This document shows, piece after piece, positions 51,756 to 64,000 of a stretch of 64,000 nucleotides of DNA. Every line of letters starts with the position of its first letter. Position 1 is the stretch's first letter. A program made the translations under genes and the position numbers. The stretch lies in NCBI RefSeq assembly GCF_036321535.1, contig NC_087436.1, forward strand, positions 32,056,001-32,120,000, given 5' to 3'. This stretch comes from Camelus dromedarius (lineage: Eukaryota). The notes under the pieces were generated by a model that saw only the letters and a list, made by a program, of their open reading frames with translations, was not told the DNA's origin and did no database searches.

Positions 51756-52869
51756 GTTTAATCTAATCTCTCTGGTAAAATCACCCACATTGTTCTTATG
51801 TAGCTATTTTGAGGGTTTTAAGCTTAATGATCAACTGCTTTCATTCTATCACAGATGTGAAATATTTCAAATATGTTGATGCAAATTATTATGCAGGATA
51901 TATTTAGGAAATAATTTTATTCCAAAATTAATCCCATGAAATGGGATAGACTTCAATTATGAAAGATCTTTGAAATGAGAGCTCAGATGTGAAACAGAAC
52001 AGGAAAGCACACTGAAACCCAAGGTGCTAACTGTACTGGCCAGCAGTTGTCCCTCAGAGGGAGCAGTGAAGTCACAGGGGATCATCCACTCTGTGTAAGA
52101 TAACACGTCTTGATTAAATTTTCAAAAGGAAGAAAAGGAAAGTGTAGCCTCTGTACTGCCTGCTTGAAGGTTACAACATATGCAAGAGGCTGATGTTTTC
52201 TCTACTGGCTGTTGAAACATACCATATAACTTGTGCCTACTTAGGAATCAAGTTTGGGAAGGGAATCCCTACCTATGAATTCCTAGTAGCTGGCTTTAAT
52301 TAACATCTTGGGGGCACTAATGTTGTCTCTAATCAAATTATTCTTGCTATTTTCAACCACAGATTGTGTCACCACCAACTCAGTCCAAAGACTAAAGTAA
52401 AACAATCCTTGGAAAATTCCAGTGGCATACTCATCAAAGAGGGATGTGACCTTCAAAAGGCTCACTGAAATGCTTGCTCAAAGTCCCAGCATTCTCTGCT
52501 CCTCACATGCACACCCAAGCATTCCCAACTCAGACTATATTTGCAGTTTCAAATTCTTTACTCACCCCCACCTGCTTGGCAAAAGATTTTCCCTACCGGA
52601 ACGTGCCACAACTTGTAGAAAGAACTCTATCTAATTAGGAACACTGCACTGACAGCGGTCATGAATAAGTTGTGCCAGGTGTTCACATGTCGTGAATACC
52701 AGCCATGTTTGGTTATTTATAACACAAAGTCAGGGCAACGGAATGCCGAGTCTTACAGGCTGCTTATCTGGTTGCTATGTTGCATTTTAATTCATTTCAC
52801 AGACTAATTAAAGGTGCTAAAAAGAATAACCTTTAGCTCAAGTTTTCAAAAGGGAGAGAAAGAAGGAGC

Positions 52870-53745
52870 CCAAAACGTACCGAATACCTACCAGAGGCCA
52901 GGCCCTGTGCTGGAAGCTTTACTTATGTTACCTCTTTAATTCCCACCACAATCATACGAAGGAGGTATTACTGTCCCCAACTTACAGATAAGGAAACATA
53001 ACCTCTGAAGGATTAAATAGCTTGCCCAGCTAAGTGGTAAAGCCAGGATGGGAAACAGGACTGTGAAAACCCAAATTCCATGTTCATTTTCACTACCACC
53101 AAAATTTCTCCCACTGCTTAGTCCAGGACCAGAGGCATAAGAATAATGGTTTAAAAGGTACAGATTCTGCAGTTGAGCTTCTTGGGTGTCTAATCTATTC
53201 CATCACTTTCTAGGTGTGTGATCGCATCAAATTACTTAACCTGTCTAAACCTCAGTTTCTTCACCTTCAAAAAAATAGAGGTCATTATAATGCTACCTCA
53301 TAAATTTTATATATTTGACAATAATTATGAATATTGCCACTTTCTTCTCCCCAAAGCCTTCTCACCCACTAAATAGAGTAATAATAACAAGAGTTAATAT
53401 TTACTGAACACTTACAAGCCTGGCATTATGCTGAGGGTTTTGCATGAATTATCCCATTTAATTCTAACAATAATCAAATGAAATAATAATAGCTAATACT
53501 TCTTGAGCACTCACTACATTCCAAGATCTGTTCTAAACTCTTGCTCATATTAACTAGTAAGAAACTAGTAATACATTAACTGGTGAGTAACTGGGGCAGG
53601 TAATACAGCTGTCTCAATTTTGCAAATAAGAAAATGGAAATCTCAGAGAAGGTAAGTAAATTGCCCATGGTCACACAGCTAGGAAAACACGAAGCCATGT
53701 TAAGAACTCAGGCAGCCAGACTTACAAGTGCACAGTCTTAACCTT
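52870..53745. mobile_element. Cluster of about four MIR copies (52870-53100 -, 53140-53300 +, 53380-53745 -)
   Basis: acagataaggaaac; cctcagtttcttcacc; atttactgaacacttac; gtaagtaaattgcccatggtcacacagct. Confidence 0.8.
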
Positions 53746-53914
53746 GACTCCCATGTTCCTGAACCTGGATTGGGCCATGAAAAAATGCCTGACTGTACCT
53801 GTGCTTAAAGAGCTCCCAAAAGTATTCAAGCTACACATTTAACAAATGAGGATGCTACAGTATTCTGTAGTCAAATGTCCAAAATACACACCCAGGGTCT
53901 CGAAAGATAAATGA

Positions 53915-54480
53915 GAGAGTGGAGACAGTGGCCTGTGCGTTCTGGGGAAGCCTTCCTAAAGAATTTGGGGCTTTCACTGAGCCTTGAGGGAGAAGGGTTA
54001 GTCAGGAGAGAGGTGGGAGGAAGTGTCTCAGGAGGGAGACTCAGAAAGTGCAAAGATGTAGACGTGAGCCTTGTTTGGGGAAGAATGAGGAGACTGGCCT
54101 GACTAAAGACTTCATGGTGACAATAAAGATAAAATTAGTTGTGAAGTAAGGATAAATTATGGGAGACTCTTCACAATAGTCTAAAAAATGATACATCATT
54201 TATGAGAGGCAATAGGAAGCATTAGATTTTAGAGGAGGAGAGTTATCTGTTAAGACGGCACTGTGTAGCGTGGCTTAGTGTGGGGAGAATGGAGAGAGAC
54301 AGGGAGGAGACTAGAACAGGCACCCCAGCACGAGGCGGCAAGAGCCCTCCTTGACTAAAGTGATAGCAGAAGGAGACAGAAGCAAGAGCCCAAGCAGAGA
54401 AACTGTGAGGACAGAACCAATGGGCTTAGTGAGAGAGAGGTCCAGGAGACGTTTAGAAAATAGGTCTGTGACGTCAGGAT
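53915..54480 (-). mobile_element. L2 body fragment
   Basis: ggggaagccttcct...ctgagccttga...tgcaaagatg...aggcaataggaagcatt...gaggagagtta. Confidence 0.65.
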
Positions 54481-56025
54481 CTGTGCCTGGCTCAGCCAAT
54501 GTCATAGCCCCACACTGGGCTCTGTTAATGACTGACCATCACATTGTAAATGCTAAAAATGTGTGTGTTAAGTAAATGAGTGATTCATCCAGCCTCCAGC
54601 CCAGGCGTTTCATTTTGCACATGAGGAGGCAGATCCTGAAGGTTATGGGAATTACCCAAAAGTATGTATGTGTGAGCAGCAGAATCTAAACTAAACCCCT
54701 CAATGCTAACAACTATTGCAGAATTTTTTCTGCTGTAATTTATTCTCGAATTGGAAAATATTAGGAACTATAACATGAGTGATATCCATAATAGAAACTA
54801 AGATTTGAGGAAAGGTTACTGGGGTTCTTGGATATATTAATTTGATTTTAGGAATGTAAACACTGATGTATTGACAGAACTTCTAATTAGAAATGTCTTG
54901 TAGGAGGTTTTCAATCAGGGACTAGACTAAAAGTGAGAATTAATGACTAGAGTTAGATAAATTTGAGAATCATAAACATAGAGCTATTAGTTGAAGGCTT
55001 GAGAAATGTATTTTTGTAATATCATGAATAAGAAATGTTCTCAGTTTCCCATTACTTTAATTAAATATTTTTCAGTCTACTGAAGAATTGTTGAACAAGC
55101 AGTGCACTTAACTGCAATCAGTATGTTAATGTCATTGGAATCACTTCATTTGCTCATGTTAATCTTGATGTGCCTGCATCCACAATGACTCAGGGACTTC
55201 TGCACTGGCCAGGCTATACTGGTGCCCTCTGAAAGCAACGCCAGGGCTCCAGATCAGTCTCTGTGGGTCCTGTTACCATCTTTATTCTGTACCTCAGTTA
55301 GATCTTGCCAACTATTATTTCCAAAGGCAAAGCAAAAAAAATCTTAAAACTTTTCTGAGACTTATGGAACATGCCTATGCCATAACTGAAGCAGAGGCCT
55401 TGAATATTTTTGCTGCCTCATCATTCATCATTCATGAGTGATCTCACACATCCCCTTATCTGAGTAGTTTAACCAAAATTCAATCTGTGATCCTCATGCC
55501 CACCCTATTAAACAGTCAAGTCGTTCCTTTCCCTCCATTCCTCCAGAACTCTGAACATACTTCAGTTATAGGATATGGCATGTTGCTTTCTAACTGCTTC
55601 AGTGTATCTCTCTTCAACTAGTCAACATATGTGCCCATAAAAATAAGCCCTTTAATCTTCTCATCTTCATGACATCAGTGCTGCCACATGGCAGAAATTC
55701 AATTCATCTTGGTTAAAATCTTTTGACATCTGGGCATCTGAAGATTCTGGGCCAACAAGGTTGATCTCGTAGTTCATGGGAAGAACAAGTCATGTTCACA
55801 CAGATCCATTCCAGCAAGAGGATGACATTCTTCCTCAATCATAAAATGAGTGAACAGTTCATTGGGTGAACAACTAGGGGGTGAGAATGAGCACAGTGTA
55901 CGTGGAGGGAGGAAACAGATTTCAATGGAGCAGAAGAGCACAAATGTGAGAGGAAAGGCAGATAAATTTGGGTAGGCCTAGTGGTTTCACATTATGGAGG
56001 GTCTTACAGGGGTATGAATGAGACT

Positions 56026-56516
56026 TTTTCACTAGCTTCCTACTGCTACTGTAACAAATTACAACAAACTTGGTGGCTTAAAGCAACACAAATCTATTAC
56101 CTCAGTTCTAGAGGCTGGAAGTCAGAAATGGGTCTCGCTGGGCTAAAACCAAGGCTGCATTCCTTTCTGGAGGCTCTAGGGGAGAATCCATTTTCTTGCC
56201 TTTTCTAGCTTCTAGGGGCTGCCTTAGAGTTTGGCTCATGACCCCCTTTCAACTTCAAAGCCAGCAACAGCTATTCTTTCTCACATAACAACACTCTGAC
56301 ACTTTCTTCTGCCTCCTTCTTTCACTTTTAAAAACCCTCTGATTACTGCGGGCCCACCCAGATAATTTAGGATAATTTTCCCATTTCAAGGTCAGCTGAT
56401 CAGCAATATTACCTTTATGTGAAACTTAATTCCCTTTTGTCATGTAACCTAACATATTCACAGGTTCCAAGGATTAGGACATGACACTTTTGGAGGCCAT
56501 TTTTCTGCCTACCACA
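56026..56516 (-). mobile_element. MaLR solo LTR (MLT1D-like)
   Basis: ctgtaacaaattacaacaaacttggtggcttaaagcaacac...ctggaggctctaggggagaatcca...ttctgcctaccaca. Confidence 0.92.
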
Positions 56517-57259
56517 CTCAGAATAGAATGGGAAGCCTCTATCTAGCTCTTAAACCGTAAATGCCATGATGAAACCACAGAGCTCCAGAATGAGCTGCCC
56601 TAAACCGCCCTCTCCAAAACCTTGCACAACTGAGTCACAATAAGGATATTTTTTTCCTTTGTGCAAAAAGAGTATTTTTTTTAAAATAGCAGATATATAT
56701 GAATTATCTGCTTCACTTACATCCATATAGACAGATGAAAAGAACATTTGAATTTTTCTGGGTACAGATGATGCTGGACCTAAGTAATGGCCCAGTTGTC
56801 ATATGGTGGGATGCCCACATGCATAATATTCTGAATTATTTTGAACTCATTTAATTCATTCATTATGGGATCTGAGTGTCTATGAATCTGGTGGGTGGTA
56901 TGATTCCCATGACACTGATAGGGCTGTGTGATTCTTTTGCATAACACTAATTAATAATGACAATATAACTCTCTTGAATGTAGTTATCTTTTTAGAGCTC
57001 AAAGGGTTTAACAGAATTTATCCTTTTTCTTTCAAAAATATGCCTATGGGGTTACCAGATTCAGTATCACTATCTGAGATTAAAATAAGAAATGATTTTC
57101 CAACATCAGCGAGAGGCAGAAGGAAATTTATAAATACAATGATCTGGTTGAAAAAATAGCCAAACTGTTTTCATATACACAAATTGTAAATTCAGATGCT
57201 TCAGTGAAGCTTTCTGAAGTTGATTATTTGTATCTTCAAAGTACAGCTGACCATGTCTG

Positions 57260-57680
57260 CTTTCATTCACTCTTCTAACAAGCGTTTCACATAAACTCCC
57301 AGCTACCAGATACCATTCCAGGCAGAGGAATTCAATAAAAACAAGACAAGGTCATTGTGCTCAAAGAGCTTACTGTTGGTAGGAAATAGATCATACACTT
57401 TTAACAAACATATTAACAAACAAATTATCTTTTAGGCAGTGAAAAAACTCTGAATAAAAGGAAAAAATAGCATAGAGTATAAAGAGTAAGAAAGAGAGAA
57501 AAGTAGTGTTATTTTAGTTAGGGTGGTCAGGGAAGGCCTGACCAGATATTTGAATAAGGAGCAAGCCATATGAAAAACTGAGAAAAATGGTGAATATGCC
57601 AATTTGATTCAATGAACAAACATTAATTAAGCATCGACTATGGGCCAGGAGTCATTTTTGGTGCTGGGGAGAAAGCGGGT
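57260..57680 (-). mobile_element. L2 fragments
   Basis: ttcattcactc...gtgctcaaagagcttac...tagggtggtcagggaaggcct; aacaaacatta...aagcatcgactatgggccagg. Confidence 0.75.
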
Positions 57681-58029
57681 ATAAAGATTCTGCCTGAGGC
57701 AAGACAAGCCTGAAAAGATTAAAAAAACAACAACAAAAAGTCTATGTACCATTGAGTTATTTACCAAACACATTTACCCTATAATTATGTAACAAGTGAA
57801 ATAATTACCAAAAGCACAAAATCTTAGTAGTAGCAGTCAGCCTAACTACCCCTCTTCCTAGATCTGTGGGGTTTTTTGGGTTTTTTGAAACTGGATCACT
57901 TGCTTAAACAAAGTCTCATGTGAAATTCCAACATATCAAACAAATAAAAGTGATCTGTTCCACTGAAGGATTTGTAGCTATCCATAGCTCTACCTGTTCT
58001 GCCTCTCCTCAAAATCCCTATCCCTGTTT

Positions 58030-58196
58030 GGTAGTGATATTAATTTCTTAGTTTTGATAATTTTACCATGGTCATGTAAAATGTTAACATTATGAGAAGC
58101 TGGGTAAAGGATATATGGGAGTTCTACATACTACTTCTGCAATTCTTCTATAAGTCTAAAATTATTTCAAACTAAAAATTTGAAAGAAAAAGAAAA
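58030..58196 (+). mobile_element. L1M 3' terminal fragment
   Basis: ttaatttcttagttttgataat...aatgttaacattatgagaagctgggtaaagg...tctaaaattatttcaaactaaaa. Confidence 0.85.
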
Positions 58197-58648
58197 TCTG
58201 ACTACCATCACTACCAGGCAGCCCACTTAGGATACAAGGGACATCACGTGAAGCCATTAACTCTGCTGACTAGCCATGCCTGGCTGATTTAGCCTACCCA
58301 TATGAGACCTTCAGAAAAGGGGAATTCTTTTCTGGGTAGCAGATTCTGGTTCTTAACCATCCTCCACACCAGAAAACTCTTTCTTATGACTCTTTAAACC
58401 TTTCATGCTCTGGAATAGACCCACTTTTTTAAGTTTTGTCATCAATAGATAATTAAATTGACTTTTACAAAATAATACTTTGTGATATATTTACAGACCA
58501 CGTAATTTTTCATCAACCTTCTTTCTATAAGTTAAGAACAATGCTTTCATCTTTTCTCATAGGTCTTCTTTTACCGCATTTGAATCATTCAGGGGATTCG
58601 CCACTTTCAGTTCTTAAACGATGGGTCCACAGCTTATTACTGGACTTT

Positions 58649-58689
58649 TAAATAAATAAATAAATAAAGTAAGTAAGCAAGCAAGCAAG

Positions 58690-58772
<83 letters not shown>

Positions 58773-58778
58773 AAAAAA
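58649..58778 (+). repeat. (TAAA)n compound microsatellite
   Basis: Short TAAA run, TAAG/CAAG variants, then 21 perfect TAAA units (58690-58773). Confidence 0.97.
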
Positions 58779-60169
58779 TTAAATTACATTAAATTAAAAG
58801 AGGAACCAGACAGTGTCAAATACCTTGGGTGAGAGGGGTGTATTACCAGTTAGATTTTATATACAATATTCCTATTTGGGTATTATGCTGTAACAACCTC
58901 ACTACATTAACATATTTTGTTATTTCTTACACGTTTTTTGACACCACTTATGACAGTTGTTAAGCCAAGTGCCCCAGGCATTTGCTCCCAACCAATGAAC
59001 AGCCAGACTGGGAACTTCAAGTCTTTTAGGGAGTTACAACTGCCAAAAATGCTCTCTCACCAGGAGACATATTCCCTAAATTATATAAAGTAGAAATCTG
59101 TTCTGAAATTATTTACCTGGTATCATTAAACAATAAGATGAGGAAACCAACTAAGTCTGTGACCCTGTTGGTTAGACTTCTTTATGATTTAGTTCTCTAA
59201 AAAGTGAGGATAAGTGTTTACCAATTTCATGTGGGTGCTGTGAAAGTTGATTAATGTTTACAAGGCACCATCTGATGAGAGGCTCTGGCTGTACCACCCA
59301 AGTCATTGGCTGTAGTATGCCCGGGTCCCTAAGGGCACTCCCTCGAAGACTGGCACCATGACTGAAGGTGACTTGCTGTGGCCCATCACTAGTTTGTGAC
59401 CCAACTGTACTTTCAGACATGCACACCAAGAGCCAGTAAGGCTATCACCCAAAGCTGAAAAGCAGTTTTTCTAATGCTGCAGGCTCATGCACAAGGTACC
59501 AAAATAGCACAAGAAATACTATACCCATATTGCTTTATCCTAGACATCTGACACTTGTAACGCTGATGCCAAATTTCTTGTCACATATGTGTCTGGAAGC
59601 CTTAGTGCTGAGAGGCATTTCTTATCTTCTGACATTTCAGAGAGCTGCATGGAGCTAGACAAGCACAGACTCTCCTTCAAAAAGGCATGAGGCAAATGCA
59701 AGCATTCTTTTCAAGTGACCTCCATGGCCCTCACTGGAGGAGATCCAAGACACCCTTTGGCACATCTGTAATCCTTAGGCTATTCCAAATGTTTGAGTGT
59801 GCTTCTTCCAGTGAGTGAGAGCTGAACTGCTCTGGCTCTCCAAGGTCATCTGGAAATGATATGCCCATTAGCCAAATGAGGAAATGCTACTGCAAACAAA
59901 CCAACCATAAGACCAAATGATCCACCAGGGTCCACACGCCCAGATTCTCCGTCTTTGGTGACATAAGCCACTTCCATCTATTAAAATTAGGCTTCAGTTA
60001 AGTCTAATTACTGTTGTGACTGACTCTCCCAAACAGAAACTAAACCAGGATTTTTGCACATGACACAATAATAGATAATTTCTCATGATTCCCTTCTCTT
60101 CTGACCCTACCTCCACAACCTACCTGAAAAAGCAGGTGCCGTGGAGACCCCATCCCAGCCACCAAGGAG

Positions 60170-60365
60170 CAGGGGTTTCTAATAGGAGAGTCCCGAAAAC
60201 AACATGTGCCAGAATAACCTACTTTTTAAGTGTAAATTCCTGGGCTCTATTTCAAACCTTTGTATCGAAACCTCTGAAAATAAGATCCCAAATCTGCATT
60301 TTTAACAAAACCCCCAGATCATCTTTAAATTTTATTTTCCCAGATAATTTTTATGCACACTAAAT
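60170..60365. mobile_element. MER5-like hAT element
   Basis: cagaataacct...aattcctgggc...aatctgcatttttaacaa...gataatttttatgcacactaaa. Confidence 0.75.
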
Positions 60366-60642
60366 TTTTTAAAGCCTGACAGAATTTTCAAGTAAATTTA
60401 AACCCAGACAAACCCTCAGCTTGTTGGGAGTTTCTTGCCACAGGCCTATGTTTAGTGGTCATTGAGTCACCCACCCTAAACTTACCCTTAAACAAACTAT
60501 GACTGCACTCAAGAGGAAAGAACACATTTCATGACTTCCTCCTTCTCTGACTCTCACTGTTCATGCCCCTCCTTTGGGATCATAAGCACTGCCAGATGAG
60601 GCTTCTGGCATCAGTTGCCTTGTATTGTTTAACTTTTTTTTT

Positions 60643-61234
60643 TTCATAAGTTTTCCATTGCTGCCATTAACAGGTTTCACAAATGTATGCTTATGTATAA
60701 CTGAAAAATTGTGCTCTACACTGGAATTTGACACAACATTGTAAAATGACTATAACTCAATAAAAAATATTTAAAAAAAAAACAGGTTTCACAAATTTTT
60801 GGCACAAATTTATTAAACTCCAGTTCTTCAGGTTAGAAGTCCAAAGTGGGTCTTAGTGGGCTAGAATCAAGGTGTCGGAAGGGCTGGGTCCTTTCTGGAT
60901 GCTCTACGGTAGAATCCATTCCCTTGCCTTCTGGAGGCTGCCCACAGTTCTTGGTTCATGGCTGTCTTCTTTCATCTTCAAAACCAGTAACGCTGCATCT
61001 CTCTGTTCTTCACATTTCCTTCTGACTCTCCTTTTATGTCTCCCTCTTTCACTTTTAAGAACTCTTGTGATTATATCAGGGCCACTAGGATAATCCAGGA
61101 TAATTTCCCCATCTCAAGGTTCTTACCATGTGATTAACTCTGCAGGATCCCTGTTGCCATATAAGGTAACATTTTCCAGGTTCCAGGAGTTAAGATGTGG
61201 GCATCTTTGGGGGCCCATCATTGTGCCTACCACA
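60643..61234 (-). mobile_element. MaLR solo LTR (MLT1D-like) interrupted by a tiny L1
   Basis: gggctagaatcaaggtgtcggaagggctg...gataatccaggataatttccccatctcaagg...gcctaccaca. Confidence 0.9.
60685..60780 (+). mobile_element. 96-bp L1 3' terminus with perfect TSD
   Basis: atgtataactgaaaaattgtgctctacactggaatttgacaca is shared with the 3'UTR at about 44339-44381. Perfect 16-bp TSD aacaggtttcacaaat at 60669-60684 and 60781-60796. Confidence 0.95.
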
Positions 61235-61257
61235 CTTTTCATCTGTAATATGAAGGA

Positions 61258-61675
61258 TGTCTTCATTTGGCTCCCCGCAAGAGCACACCCTGAGACTAGG
61301 ATTTGAGTACAATCCCAGGAAGCCAAGAAAAGGAGTGGGGAAGTCAGTCAGTAAGGGAGGAAAGCAAGCAAGTGAGTTAATGAGCAAGATAATCACTACA
61401 GGCAACAGACTGAATTCCTCCAAGGATTGTGTATAACACACCTTAGAAGAGTCCCACCAAGAGGCAAAGAAACTGGGGCATTTATCTACCAATTCCCGTC
61501 ATTTACCAGGTAGAAGTCACATTAACTCCCTGGCACTTCTGGCACTTCCTGCCTCCGTGACTGTGGAAGGGCTTCACAGAGACCAAGAGAATGACCTTGG
61601 CAGAGACATCCATGAGACTGTAAGCTTGTTTCATCTGAGGAGCCTCCAGAGTGAGTCAAGGGGCTAACAGTATCC
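61258..61675 (-). mobile_element. ERVL LTR33-like element
   Basis: gcacaccctgagactaggatttgagtac...tcccaggaagc...ggagtggggaagt...ctggggcatttatctaccaa. Confidence 0.65.
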
Positions 61676-61699
61676 GAATCAAGGCTCTGGTTTTTGAGG

Positions 61700-62245
61700 G
61701 GAGTGTGGCATTACATATTAAAAGTTTAAATGCTCATATCCTTTGACCCAGCAATTTGACCTTCAGGCAATTTATGCTAAGGACATAACTGGACATACAT
61801 GCAACGATTATTTATAATATTTTAAAGAACTGAAAATAATTTAAAATTTCCATTAATAGGGGATTGGTTAAATAAACTATGGTGATAAAACTGAATACTC
61901 TGCTCTAATTAAGTATAATGATGTTGGTCTACATTTATTGATAGAGAAACCATTTCCTGACAACTTCTGAATGAAAAAAGGCAGGTTGTACAAATAGTAA
62001 ATATATTATAAATCAGCTTATGTAAAATTATGTGTGTATAATATGTGTGTGTGTGTGTGCGTATGCATAGCAAGATGGCTCAAAGAATGTTCATCAAAAC
62101 TCTTTAAGAGTAGTTATTTCTAGGAAGCAGAATTTTTCATCCTTTATACTTTCCCCTTTATACATCTATGTATTTCAAAATTTTTTTTGGAAACAATGTA
62201 TTATTTAATAATCAATCTATTACAAAGATATTTTCCATTAAAAAA
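61700..62245 (+). mobile_element. L1ME-like 3' region
   Basis: catatcctttgacccagcaatt...ccattaatagggattggttaaataaactatggt...tgaatgaaaaaaggcaggttgtac. Confidence 0.8.
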
Positions 62246-62964
62246 AGAATTGAAGGTGTCCTAAAAGGTAAGTGTCATTTTAGGTCTAATACAATAATCT
62301 TCAATGAGCTTATACATAGTTCTCCATTTTAAAACTGCAAGATATTTGGGACCATGCATTACACAGACTACTTAGGGCATATTTTGAACATAGCAAGTGT
62401 TTAATATTTTTCTTTAACTAATTTTCATCAGTATGAAATTCAGTAAAACAACACACTGAGTGAACTGGATCACAGTGAAATTTTCCCAATGCACAAGATG
62501 ACTTCCCAGTGAGCTGAGCAGCATGGTATGGCCTTATTAGACAAGAGCCTGCCACTATAGCCAAGGGCAAGCCTGTCACTGCCTGGACACATCCGCATCA
62601 TCCTCCCAGAGATGCTATCAAGAGCCTCACCCCCTTTAGGTAGAAATGAAAACCAAACCAATGTGAGGACAGCCTGGCAATTGTTACAGCACAAACGAGA
62701 CAAGTGGAAACAGTGTCATCTGCAGAAAACTAATTCAACAGTTTGTCCCCTAAACTGTAAACCTTCCTCAGAAAAAGCACTGCACTTTTTTATGCATGAT
62801 AACAAAGCTGACTACAAGTGCAGAAAGGAAAAACAAGTGGAAGAACAAGCCACGGTGTGCTCATAGTGCAACAGATATAAGAATAGTTTCATGTGAGACT
62901 TTATAGTAATTCTTCCAGACCCCGTGTCCCTCTTGTATGTCTAAGGGAAAATTAATTTTCTTAC

Positions 62965-63005
62965 CTGTCCAGGTTGCTCTTGGACTCTTCTTTGTTCCTT
63001 TGAAT
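62965..63005 (-). other. Candidate 41-nt exon (unverified)
   Basis: Minus strand reads tttttgtattttctctgtatctgttccttattcag|ATTCAAAGGAACAAAGAAGAGTCCAAGAGCAACCTGGACAG|gtaaga. Confidence 0.4.
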
Positions 63006-63254
63006 CTGAATAAGGAACAGATACAGAGAAAATACAAAAATGGACAAGTCCCAGTTGATTTATATATTAAAGAGTTGACAGAGGTGGCAAGAGGAGGAAG
63101 GAGGGAGAGAGACCAGGGAATCACATGAAATGTGTGTCAGGAGGATTATAAAGTGTCGGCTGGAGATTCAGAGCTTAGGGGAGCACCTGATGTCCAGAGG
63201 GAAGGGAATGAGGATAACAGTGAACTAGAGAGATTTTAAGATGCTCTTTCTATA

Positions 63255-63358
63255 TTAAGAATGCATAACACATACTAAAACCTATTAAACTGTATGCTTT
63301 AGATGGGTGAATTGTATGGTAATGTGAACTGTACCTCAATAAGGCTATTTTTTAAAAA
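63255..63358 (+). mobile_element. L1M 3' terminal fragment
   Basis: aaactgtatgctttagatgggtgaattgtatggtaatgtgaactgtacctcaataaggct. Confidence 0.85.
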
Positions 63359-64000
63359 GAGTACCCTCCCAGAAAAATGCACATCCCATTTAGACAGGTT
63401 ATTAAGAAAGTAGCAAAATATTTTAAGAACTCTAATTACTTTTTGGGGAACTACACCATTTCTTTAAATTATTCTTGCACAGAGACTGAGTCATGTGGAA
63501 CTTCAGTTATGTTTGGGTTATAATATATTAAAGGTCCTTAGATCCTAGAGGATCCTTAAAGATACTCTAGTCCACACTATCACTTCAAAGGTGAGAAAAT
63601 GAAGCTGGAAAGGTTAAGTTTTCATTATGACACAGGAGTAAAGCTAGAAACACAGGAGTAAAGCTGGGAACTATGGAGATCTGATCTCCACTCTTTTGAA
63701 ATCTACCACCCCACCCCCGTCTAACACTTTTCCTGCTATTGTTTACAGAAAGGAACAATTTGAGGATAAACATGATCAGAACATGTAGTTATTATGCCCA
63801 TAGCTCAATCAAGTTTTTCTGGCCTTTAAAACAAATCAGTTAGACTGGCATCAATCCAAGCAGTTGTATAGCATTGCCCAGCTAACAGCCTCGCCATGGA
63901 GATTGGAACTTTCTGGCCCAATCCTGGAGAATAATCAGTCCTCACAATGGCAGTGTTGCCCTCACCTCCTTTTGAAGAGCAACAGGAAAATAACAATGGC

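Noticed and set aside
60115..60140. Recursive-splice-like motif on minus (ctttttcag|gtagg)
   Set aside because: The pyrimidine tract is short and the motif is expected by chance in 64 kb; it cannot be supported without nascent RNA data.
1..64000. Prokaryote-style systems (CRISPR array, operon, defence island) or a novel coding system
   Set aside because: The sequence is mammalian repeat-rich non-coding DNA with no regularly spaced repeat-spacer array or gene-dense region. The remaining 60-140 aa ORFs are of the size and number expected by chance.

Overview
Mammalian non-coding DNA (intron or intergenic), about 40% GC by eye, CpG-depleted and with no CpG island. It is dense in old eutherian repeats: MIR, L2, L1M 3' ends, MLT1/ERV solo LTRs and MER2/MER5/MER20/MER63/MER81 DNA transposons. 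A few younger retrotransposon insertions still show target-site duplications (TSDs). A short tRNA-Ala-derived SINE resembling camelid Vic-1, together with no recognisable Alu, Bov-tA/BovB, PRE-1 or Can-SINE, suggests a camelid genome (inference). No intact protein-coding gene is supported; the only recognisable protein sequence is decayed LINE-1 ORF2. Most L1 fragments lie on +, and several well-formed short minus-strand exon candidates (41, 62, 9 and 39 nt) exist, so the window may lie inside a long minus-strand transcription unit that I cannot name. I found no convincing novel biological system. Repeat family names are from recall of consensus sequences, not a database search, and boundaries without TSDs are approximate.
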